Part shown: positions 42,101 through 51,900 of the stretch, one piece after another
Position numbering within the stretch: position 1 is the first letter of the stretch
Layout: each line of letters begins with the position of its first letter
Source: Nemertoderma westbladi
Taxonomy: Eukaryota; Animalia; Xenacoelomorpha
Direction: 5' to 3'
NCBI GenBank assembly: GCA_032718475.1
Contig: JAUCBJ010009143.1
Span: 239,586-303,585, forward strand
DNA length: 64,000 nt
Notes under the pieces: generated by a model
What the model was told of the DNA's origin: nothing
Databases searched by the model: none
The model's input: only the letters and a program-made list of their open reading frames with translations
Program-made: the position numbers and the translations under genes

Positions 42101-43131
42101 CAAAGATACCCGTGACAGAACACTGCCACTCTGAGTGCCAAATCCGTACCGTTCAGAAATCTCTCCGGGAGGCGTCGATTGGCTTCCAGACTTTTTTCAA
42201 ACAAGAGCAGAGAATGGCTTTGTTACAGAACGACAAAACATCGAATGTAATAAAGGAGTTCAGTGCTTCTAATTACCCACCATTTACACTGGAGGGACTA
42301 AAGTTCTTCAAAATATTCAAGTTGAACACTGAAGGTTTACAATACCGTGTCCATAGGAGCTGTGATGAAGGTTTCGGAGTTTCAGCAAATAACTGCGTCA
42401 TCTGCCCACCCGGTACCCATAGCCCAAAATATTCACCGATGTGTAAGGCTTGTGGTTTGCTGGCATACCAGAAAGAATTTGGGGCTGCTAGTTGCACAAA
42501 ATGTAGCCGTTGTTACAAATCTTCCGGTTCAACATCGTCCGAAGAGTGTAGTTTTGGGGCAACCGAATGCATTATTGGAGGTGTGCACTTTGCTGAAGAC
42601 AACATGCCTTGGTGGTTAATAATGCTGCTCATATTAGCATGTTTTATGGTTACAGCGTACATTTCAATTAAATTAACAATGGTCGTTTATTATAGGATTA
42701 AAACAGGAGAATGGCGTTGGGGCATATCAATAGCACCTAAAGATTTAACCACCCCTAACTGCGTTGTTCAAATGAGGAACGTGGTTATGTCGGTTCTAGG
42801 TCAGATCACAATAGTTTGCGGACTGAAATCGTCGACATCAAACCAAAGCCAGAGTTTGGAATTGGAGGAAGAAACTTTGTATGTTGATAATGAGTATGAT
42901 AATAGTGCCGCTAGTGCTACTAGTGATACCGGGACTGATGGGGTGTCATCCTACGAATATGATGACACCGTTGCCGATTCAATGACGTACGCAGTGACAG
43001 GAACCACGACAGAACTCGATGACTACGATACCGATGATACTTTAGTGAATGAGGAGGTAGTTGATTCTGAGGATCGTATTAATGAACCTCTTCCGAAGAA
43101 GCCTCGCAAGGGATGGTTCAACTGGGAGTAG
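39154..43131 (+). CDS. Intronless 1,325-aa type I membrane protein: Ig-like domains, LamG/pentraxin-like domain, Ig, EGF-like, ZPBP/Sp38-like module (Ig + Cys-rich), TM helix, acidic Tyr-rich tail
   Basis: Uninterrupted ATG-TAG ORF. Ig F-strand motifs DYGTYVC, GTYTC and DSGVYTC. LamG/pentraxin-like motifs CLLQPLFCKRGISLSIW, WLNVVVTW, VYVNGE and VDDVMVW. EGF-like CPLDSVC-NGQCQCLTGY. CVICPPGTHSP-C-AC-YQ-FGAASC Cys-rich motif. TM segment WWLIMLLILACFMVTAYISI. The N-terminus is only weakly signal-like. Confidence 0.88.
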   Translation: MVRACYVVAIFSISRMIVTFQSELDFDNKETQCDQYDIISKTCYIKSELGSIVNLKIKISEGVELHKLHWFRLISVRGRKVQKKVDILDQKHRARPNIKISPGKEELTIAPLMDLDMSDNGWQVEVGRPTAVHQDALRFYITHPILVAKTMPERSGFSINLKQYVVLPRAYSHILWSIEGMAGPLPDSVIPLGTILRITDVDFSKVLICKIFDENDLLLIKRRFGIARDVSVYRGATVIPSVIPLPLGGSTRLTVAVTGRDSPKDISWYFSRRGGLHSGSPRSGIIKVLDDVARDDQHVNQLAILDIKGITSKDYGTYVCMVDIGSGAPLEVSFKVIRPVLTTNFEKLTHLWMFNGGAHSQQGVLFVADAKFPKVKLSVSTVGKCFKTVTGVDGKGLSLNAKSKCHTYIELLRSTKDKECLLQPLFCKRGISLSIWVYIIDAISEPTFVLFCSYPTGLCAICSRTSVALASCSFTITVSDIIHTVKTELQYKTWLNVVVTWKLNTLLAVYVNGEIKGQAEGTLRSTDGNGKHALGFYVAKDVVGKRSNVQLLVDDVMVWYDHVLTASVVAHLYSSVRGVPMVRKPTVSYTVKGMLGQSVTLECPFHIPIIWRHFLRWYRNEFSDISEFQGVETIQVATDPPGTYTCAFWNGSYVVRSGEFNIDIKNKPELMRRLIDGSGVDGDDIIVKIYEMDSRSMGSSIYKDQLITDVSGNVLQCDVLSEHVVCPLDSVCNRNGQCQCLTGYTPASKLTKELLVNDIVTCVKSIILEGRKIDSSVFADHPIHQWPDTPTIKGNYHSYSVYRYIKDKYSNISHSDVSLVLVGDSAKIECIPGSVAPLRQPDTITPTYTWIDPSGILVELENRKVDAKGNLVIISMGISDSGVYTCITQQATDSTALVQSERYYLRAVVAEITPDLSYHIRLSYRINKCSSASDLDGLSQTLSSILSEMACGSAYCYILHMTGFCEIKKELVTFLFWIYIEHAKIPVTEHCHSECQIRTVQKSLREASIGFQTFFKQEQRMALLQNDKTSNVIKEFSASNYPPFTLEGLKFFKIFKLNTEGLQYRVHRSCDEGFGVSANNCVICPPGTHSPKYSPMCKACGLLAYQKEFGAASCTKCSRCYKSSGSTSSEECSFGATECIIGGVHFAEDNMPWWLIMLLILACFMVTAYISIKLTMVVYYRIKTGEWRWGISIAPKDLTTPNCVVQMRNVVMSVLGQITIVCGLKSSTSNQSQSLELEEETLYVDNEYDNSAASATSDTGTDGVSSYEYDDTVADSMTYAVTGTTTELDDYDTDDTLVNEEVVDSEDRINEPLPKKPRKGWFNWE

Positions 43132-44070
43132 ATGATGTTGATGTACCGTTTGTTATAGTGTTCAGTTCTGCGGTTTAGATGTCTGACTCCACAAAGACAG
43201 TGACGGTGGACCTATCTCGTTCTATATCCCCGCTGTGACAGAGAGACTGGTATCATGCGTCACGATAGTAGTCCACAATGGTGGTCGGCATCTTTGTATA
43301 AATTTTTTAAACTATCTAGTTTTTGTTTCCTTTTAAAAAAAAATGTTCTAGAGCATATTACAGTTATGTTCTCAATCAAAGTCCATTCCTCAATCTGTTC
43401 AATCTGTTCAATTTGATCAATCTGGAAATATCTTTCATGACACCGCAGGTTTCTAGCCCACTGAGTGATTGACAGGCGGACATGGTTGGCTCCCCAAAAT
43501 AGAGCCGTTGGATTATATTGCAAGAGATTGTTGCAGGGATCAGATAATTACGGGGCACTTGCAAGCAAATAAAGTACATGTAGTAAGCATAATTATTTAT
43601 AAATTTTACAAATTAAATGTTTTACTCACTGATTACATTTGGACTAGCTAATAAAGAGATCATTCCATAAATATAATTAATTATGAACAAGAACAATTAT
43701 TTTTTGTTTGAATATTATTTATAGGTAACAATCAATCTATCAAACATTCGCAGGGGCGCAGGGGTCTGTTTTAATATTGATTGCAATGGAGGGCGGGAAA
43801 CAACAAGTAACAAAAGATGGCAACATAATCGATAGACGCTTTAGTGCGAACTGCGCTGAGTGAAAATTATATTCAACCTACCTAATGTAACCACCCCCGC
43901 CCATGCCTAACTTTACTTCCTACACTCTCATCTCTCTATTTATACATGCGGGTACAAGTCTTTCCTACTGTACTTATCAATGTGGGGCGAGACACGTATG
44001 GCGAGCCATCAGCGAACTGATATAATTATACTATGGCCGTTTCTCAAAAGTCTGTGTGTGACGTGTGGGG

Positions 44071-44090
44071 GTGTGTGTGTGTGTGTGTGT
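44071..44090. repeat. (GT)n microsatellite
   Basis: About 10 GT units seen directly. Confidence 0.9.
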
Positions 44091-44520
44091 CGGTAGCCAT
44101 AAATGTCGGAAGCCATAATCGAAGTTAATATCTTAGGCTAAATTGTATGGTTGAATCGAATTATTTCTATTCTTCTATCGGTAATTAATTATTTAGGGGG
44201 GTAACATTTATCCCATCTGGTATAAAATTAACATGGGTAGATTCGCCGTGTCCCATTCTATCAAAGTCTTTACTTTATACTCGAGATTAATGTCAAGTTT
44301 TATAGTTATTTATTGATTTACAATTAAAATTGCATTTTTATCAATTAATTCACACGCAGGCTCTAACCGCCTAATGACAGTCAATACGGAGTAATTCCTT
44401 CCCGTGTCTTAGCAACGCTGAGAATGTCCTGGCCTGTTAGAGGCAGACTGCTGCTGGTTGGGGATGGTAGGATAGCATTAATTCCCTATCCCTATCTCAC
44501 TCTCCATAGAACTGGCTGAC

Positions 44521-44550
44521 GGGGGGGGGGGGGGGGGGGTGTGTGTGTGT
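44521..44550. repeat. Poly-G tract followed by (GT)n
   Basis: About 19 G followed by tgtgtgtgtgt. Confidence 0.9.
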
Positions 44551-44840
44551 TTAGGTATCAGTTATTCAATGACATTAATATTATTACTAATGAAGGAATA
44601 GTGCTCCTTCAATACATCTCAACAGACATCAATTCATTGCCTGTGCCTACCAACGCGTGCTCCATAACATAACAACATATATCCTTGATTTCCATCACCT
44701 CTCACCACAATTATTATTAGTAATTAAAAGTTTCAATTCGGTTTGTCGTTCCGTTATCTGATTATTCAGTTATTGCATTATTAATAAATAAATGTTTTAA
44801 AATATATCTTACGAAATATGGTTAATAATTAAAACTTGTC

Positions 44841-45378
44841 GCTAACATTCTCACTATGGGGGTTTTAAGGAGTGCTGATTACATTTCTGATGTCAGTTTT
44901 CACGTTTACATAAATCTAGTCTTCTGTCTGTCGGTCATTCTGTCAGTCAGTCTGTCAAAACATAAAAGAGAATTCAAATTAACTAACATTCTCGCTATGG
45001 GGGTTTTAAGGGGTGCTGACTTCATTTCTGATGTCAGTTTTCAGGTTTACATAAATCTAGACTGTCTGTTTGTCGGTCTTTCTGTCAGTCAGTCACTCTG
45101 TCAAAACTTAAAAAAGAATACAAACTAACTAACATTCTCGTTATGGGGGTTTTAATGGGTGCTAAGTTTATTTCAGATGTCAGTTTTCACGTTGAAAAAA
45201 AATATAGTCTGTCTGGCTGTCGGTCTTTCTGTCAGTCAGTCTGTGAAAACTTAAGAAAGTATACTAACTAACCAACATTCTCGCTATGGGGGTTTAAGGG
45301 TTGCTGATTTAATTTCTGATGTCAGTTTACACGTTTACATAAATCTAGTCTGTCTGTCTGTCGGTCTCTCTGTCAATC
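44841..45378. repeat. Tandem repeat, about 141-146-bp unit, about 4 diverged copies containing GTCT/GTCA microsatellite tracts
   Basis: The motif ctaacattctcgctatgggggttttaagg...gctgatt...tttctgatgtcagttttcacgtttacataaatctag recurs near 44842, 44983, 45129 and 45273. Confidence 0.9.
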
Positions 45379-45560
45379 TGAACTACTGTACTGTGGTTGG
45401 CATTACGCCATATACCTAACACTAATAATACAGTCTACAATACAGCCTATCTACAGTACAGAATGGATTTTTTGCCACGAAGAGCAATTAATAAATGTCA
45501 TTAATACTATCCACCAGTATACCTACTCCAAGAGCCTTCCAATAAAACATGTATTCCAGC

Positions 45561-45632
45561 ATGACGTCCACTGCACGTCTTCGTGCTGTCCATTGTGACG
45601 TGCAGTGGACGTCATAGGCTCTAAGGGGTTAA
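45561..45632. mobile_element. Probable solo piggyBac-like terminus with a subterminal 19-bp perfect inverted repeat
   Basis: ATGACGTCCACTGCACGTC (45561-45579) and its exact reverse complement (45597-45615), followed by ...CTAAGGGG|TTAA. This matches the CCC/GGG end plus TTAA target of piggyBac. No partner end was found. Confidence 0.55.
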
Positions 45633-48600
45633 GCAACACGGTCCCTACTTCGCCCTGTCGACACCCCAGCCATTTTTCACCAATCCTTTTTTAGAGTTTT
45701 TTAATTTTTTTGGTATTGGTGAAAGTTCTACAACATTAGTAGATATGTTTTTTATGATAGCTAGTGTAGAATTCGTAGGAACCAAATAATATCCAACGAA
45801 TCTTCGATCCACAATCTTAATATAAACTAAAATTGCGATCTCAAATTCCTCCAGCAAAATATATTTTATTTCGAAATAAAATCCCCCGCCAGGGAAAACT
45901 AATTATCTATCGCAAGCAAAGGAAAACGCTGGTCCAGGACTTCAATGTAATAGCACCTGTTACTATCACCTTTATAATTTACAGTAAGTGTAGATGCGAA
46001 ATATCTATTTTATAAGCCGAAAAATCCTGACTACAGATTGTTACCGCATTAAAATATAAACCTAAATTTAAAATAGGCCAGAAATGTTTGAGACTCACCA
46101 GGATTCCATCCCTCCTTAGAAAACCGATTTTACAGTTCTAGAATGAATGATCTGTACTGTAACTACACTCTCGTTCTAGAATAGTACAAATTATCTAAGT
46201 ATAATTTTCTTATCTATAGGTTATGCCCAATGGCTAAACTTGGCACATACTACAAATATCCCGTAGTTTTCTAAATGGACCAATGAAGGATGATACCTAA
46301 CTAACCCAAAACATTTGCCCCGAAAACGTACACAAGCAAGACCTATTTTTACTCGCATATCCCCCCAATTTAGTTTAATCTCCGATTGACTTGCGGTATA
46401 TAATTTATTTACAAACAAGTCAGGTTCAAAACGGGAAATACAACTAAATTTATTCATTCCTTCCCAATTTATTATACTGTTACCTATGAAGCAGTACTAT
46501 ATCTTTAGGACGTATTGAAACCCATTTAGCGCCCCCAAAACCGATCTGTTAGCCCAAAATAAGCCCCATACTTCCCTTGACTATTTCCAATGTGCGTTGA
46601 GGCGTCTCATCCCTTCGCCAAATTACTCTATACGCCCCAACATGGCCGCTGTAAGCTGTAGCGTTTCCAAAACATTAATCCATTAAAACATTAAACTGAC
46701 TTTCAAATATAATATAATTTAGGACATCATATTATTACAAGGACAATTTCTATACTAATATACGCAAAACATATTGCTCAAATTCAAAACTAATATAAAT
46801 GACAAAATATTAACTAAGGAAGAATCAAGCTAGAATTGAGTTGAGATAATAAAATGGGATTTGGGCCCCAAAACTAATATATAAACTCACAATTTCTATT
46901 GAGCTGAGGTTAGCTGCAATGTATTACTACGGGTAATGCTTAGAGGACATTGCTGCTCGCTCCTCATTGGGCCAGCACACAGAAAACGCTCCACTCATAT
47001 GGCGTGGTTTATATAACAGCTGCCAGGCCTAAAGCCATTAACAGGTAGTTGTCAACTTCTATTTAAAATACTAATAAAAGTACTCTAAATTTAATGTAGA
47101 TCACTTAGCAACCCTTAACAACAATAACTTTACTTGCAAATAGAAATAACAGGTTGATTCACCGTAATGATATGCAAAAATGGACCATAATAACTAAATC
47201 ATCTATCTAAAATACAAATATAAGTTTAATTTATATTTCAAAAACTTGTTTATTAATATAGATATTAAAAAATTTGAAATTTAGTAGCCATAGCATTTTA
47301 TACCGCTCCTAAACGTTATCGTCTAAAGGATAACGTTTACAAACACCGGCATAACGTAGTTTCTAATGTCTCACAATTATACTTCTATACGTCTATAAAC
47401 TAAAATAGACACATATTAATACTCAAATAAAGATTGAATAATGCACAATACGCAAAATTAGCAAATAAAACATTCTTCATACATTTTGTGTAACTAGTAT
47501 TATTTATCCATCATTGAAAAGAAAATATCTTAGCAATAAATTTCTTCCAGCCGAGAAACCTCCATATAACAGTAACAAAATTACTTGCGTACTAATGCTT
47601 ACCAAATATTTATATTTACAAAAAGAAAAAACAATATTAATTTCGCTTACCATTATCATTTCACAATAAATTTCCATTATTATAATGAGTTTAATCTTTT
47701 ACATAAATACGAAAGATTCTTCGATCGAATAATACAAATTAAATCAATTTCCATTAAATTAAATATAAATTGAGTAAGTAGGACAATTAATCAGTGACTG
47801 TCTTTCAATCACAAATATAACACGATAATAATTTGTAGCAACATAGTTGCTCCGTGTGAAGGGACTTTATAATATACTAAATAATAGATAAACTACAACA
47901 TTTTAATAGCTAATATTATTAATATCTTGGGAACAAATTCAAGTCTATATCCCCTTCAATACGATATTGCTTTACCTCTTCCATCTCCGGGTTATCAAAG
48001 TCTACGATACTGAAACTACGAGTGGCTCCAACTAATTCAGCGGGAACTACTCGACCTCTTCCCCTTCCTTTGGTTTTCCAAACTCTAAAATCGGTAAATC
48101 TAGAAGTCTTCAGATGGGCGCGAATATCTATCGACCTCGGATTTACCCACGGGTAGATTAGAAGAAGTTTCTAGACGAATTCGACCGGAAAACGTCTCAA
48201 TCCAATCTTCACGGCGATTAATGATAGTTACAGTTGTGACCTCAGCAATGTCACAACTCGTCGCAGTATAATGCTGTGAGGTGCGAATTCTCTATATTAG
48301 GGGTTTATGAACACCTCTTTTGTATCGGGTTCGTCGCGGGGTTCGGGAGGAATTTCCAGCTGCTTAAATAGAACTTAACAACCTATTAGGTAGGCCAAGT
48401 TTCAATATATCGGATTAATACCAATTTCCTTTTAATATCAGTATAAATACCTATTTAAATTTTCAAATTTTTTAAATTTATTTTTTCGAGAGTAAACTTG
48501 CCGCGAATAAATTCGCTTTTAATAATTCCAAAACTACGCCCAATGAATATGATTGCACAAACTGATGTATGAAATATGAATTAATATAATGAAATGAATA

Positions 48601-48979
48601 TAACATTCAAAATTAAACAAAATGAAAATGAAAATTAGGAACTGTAAATGAAAATGAAAATGGAAATGGAAATAGTCAAGGTATGAACTATGAAGTTGAA
48701 TCAGATGAAAATAATTTGCCTGTCTGGGTTCACGCACTGAACAGCTTAACGTTTCTTTGCCAGTTGTATCGCTAATCCAATGTACTCGTGAGATTTGTGA
48801 TAAAATATCTTGACTTTTCAAAATTATTTTAATTTCGTTCCCACAACTACATATATTTTTATTAAAATCCATTTGTTTTGCGATATTTACGTAATAATTG
48901 CTGTCTCTCTTCCTTGTTATAATTTTTTAAAACAAAACATTTTTCTGTGTAGTGGATGTGTAACTAAGTCGCCAATAAT

Positions 48980-51900
48980 CCGCTCCCAAACGTTATCGGC
49001 TAAAAGGTAACGTTTACAAACACCGAATTTACACCCACTATTAAAACTCCAACATTTTATAATATTGTACCTACATTGTAGACTGTCTGTTTTTTACCAT
49101 GAGACCTCTTCAAGACCTTGTAGTCTCCAGTTTCATCTCGAGAAGTTTCTAGTTCAATCAAAAAACAATAATTACATCTACAAATATCATGAAAATAAAA
49201 ATTACAAGCATAACACAATATTAATAACAAGAATAATATTATGTACAATTATATGGTACCCGGGAGCAGTGAGCAATCCACTCTATAGCAACATAATAAT
49301 GCCTATTACACCAAATATATTCATGAACTACAGCGCTCATAATTACAAATTATACATTACGTCAATTTTTTCATTACTCTGCCATTGTTTCTATATTTAC
49401 ATTTCATCTGGTATTGACTTAATATTAATAATAGCACTAACAATCTCAGCCGTACAGTATCGTGCAGGTGACATTCATAGGAACCCTGGACCGCAACAAC
49501 AACAACGTCATTCTCCTCCAGTCAAACATTCTAACCAATCAAATCTAACAGACGTAAGGGAATACATATTAAACAACCAAAACAAACTCATTTTTATCCA
49601 GATTAATGTTCGCAGTCTTGTTAGTCACTTTTCGGAATTGAAGGAAATTATGCATGGTATCGATAAGAATGTAGTTATTGGCATAACCGAGTCTTGGTTA
49701 AAAAAAAATATTTCCACAAAGTCAATTCGTTTACCAGGTTTTGATGTGTATAGGCAGGACCGAAAACGCCGTAAGGGGGGAGGAGTTGTCCTATACGTTC
49801 CAACCAATATGAAATCTAAAGTACAAACGCACGTTATAAAACCAAACCTAAATGTTCCACATGAGTCGTTATGGGTAGAGCTTGATAGCGAAGTTATTGT
49901 TGGTGTAGCATATAACAACTGCAAAAAGACAGCACCAGTATTTCTTGTTAATTTCGCGGAGGAGATTGAGAATGCTATGAACAGTAATCGGGATAAAATA
50001 ATAATCATGGGAGACTTTAATATTGACTTAATTGACCGCGACACTAATACTGATAAGTTAGATACATTAATTTCACTATATAATCTAGTTATACCTGATA
50101 GAACACAGCCCACTAGGTACAGTAAAACAAATAATTCGTTAATAGACATTTTCATTGCGACGGCAGGCTTTATATCAGATTTGAAAGTTGCGTTCTGTGA
50201 TTTCTCAGACCATGAATTTGTAATAGCAAAAACAAATAAACTAAATAAAACTACTTCCATCGTTAACACCAAAATATGGAAAGAATTTCGTGATTTCTCG
50301 GAATTTAAGGAGGCTGCATTCCTTTCTGATATAGATGCCATTAACTGGAATTGGATATACCAAATTACTGATGTAAACATGATCTATGAATTTTTTGAGA
50401 ATCAAATTGAAAAAGTCCTTAACCATCATGCCCCTTTGTGTCGAAAATTAGTATCGCCAGATAGGAAACACAAACAAGGAAAACAGCCTCCCTGGTGGAA
50501 CGACAAATTACAACACATAAATAATATTAAAAAACATAATCTTATAGAATGGCGTAAAAATAAAACAAATGACACCTTCGCAAAATTTAAGTTGAGCCGA
50601 AATAGTTTCAATTCCCTAAACAGACAATTAAAAAATAAATATACAAAAAGTAAATTTTCTGAAGCCAAATCAATGCGAGATAAGTGGAAGATTATCAATA
50701 GGATATTAAATAAGAATGAAAAGGTCTGTAAAATAACTGAATTGATCGATAACCGAGGAAAGAACATTAAAATTGTCAAGGATGGATTAGGTATTGCAAA
50801 TCTTCTTAACTCCACTTACGTAGCTATGGGAAAGTTCACCGGGATGTCAAATGTTTCAACCAATATTCAGAATTATGTGAATCCAAATATACCAAACGAT
50901 GTAGATTTTAGTTTTAAAAATACAGACGTATTAACAGTCGAAAATATAATTAACAAATTGAACTGCAACAAATCACCAGGTCCGTCATCATTACCACCTA
51001 GAATAATTAAACTACTTTCACCAAAAATCGTATTCCCATTAACTCATATAATAAATAAATCAATCACCCAATCGATATTCCCTCACAAGTTAAAATTCGC
51101 TGAAATTACACCTGTGTACAAAAAAGGTGACATCAATGACCCAGAAAATTATAGACCTATTTCAGTTACATCGACTCTAGATAAAATATTCGAAAAGGTA
51201 CTCTATATACAAATAATACAATATTTAAATAAATACAGTCTAATAAAAGCGACACAGTTTGGCTTTCGTAAATCATATTCAACCAGAGACGCAATAATAT
51301 ATGCCACCGACACATGGCGCAGTGTACTTAACAATGGTGATACAGTAGCAATAGGGGCGCTGGATATCAGCAAGGCATTTAATTCATTGAACCACTCCAT
51401 ACTTCTAAATAAATTACAAGAATTTAACTTCCACAGCACTGCAATTAATATGATAAGTAGCTTTCTTTTTCCTCGGTTCCAACGGGTTAAGGTTAATGGA
51501 ACCACATCCACATGGGAAGCAATACCACAGGGGATTCCACAAGGTACGCTCTTAGGGCCAATTATCTTTCTCATGTACGTAAACTCACTAGTATCTACTA
51601 CCGACCTCAATATAGTACAATATGCCGACGACACATTAATCTACTGCGGACATAAAAATCCCCAACAAGCAGTTAACTTACTATCTCAACATATAAATAA
51701 ATTAGAAAATATTTTTTCATCATTGCATTTAAGTTTAAATAACAAAAAAACAGAATTTATGTTATTATCACCACATTCAAGATCACCGGAAACTGATAAA
51801 ATTAACCTAGAATTAGCAAAAAATCCAAAAATAGTAATAAAACAATCAGAATATATAAAATATCTTGGTGTATTCATCGACAATCGATTGGAATGGGGGG

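Noticed and set aside
39663-42619. Short antisense or alternate-frame ORFs inside the 1,325-aa gene
   Set aside because: Shadow ORFs with no recognisable motifs.
48620-48675. (AAAATG)n tract as the tail of another LINE
   Set aside because: Short and degenerate, with no adjacent RT remnant recognised.
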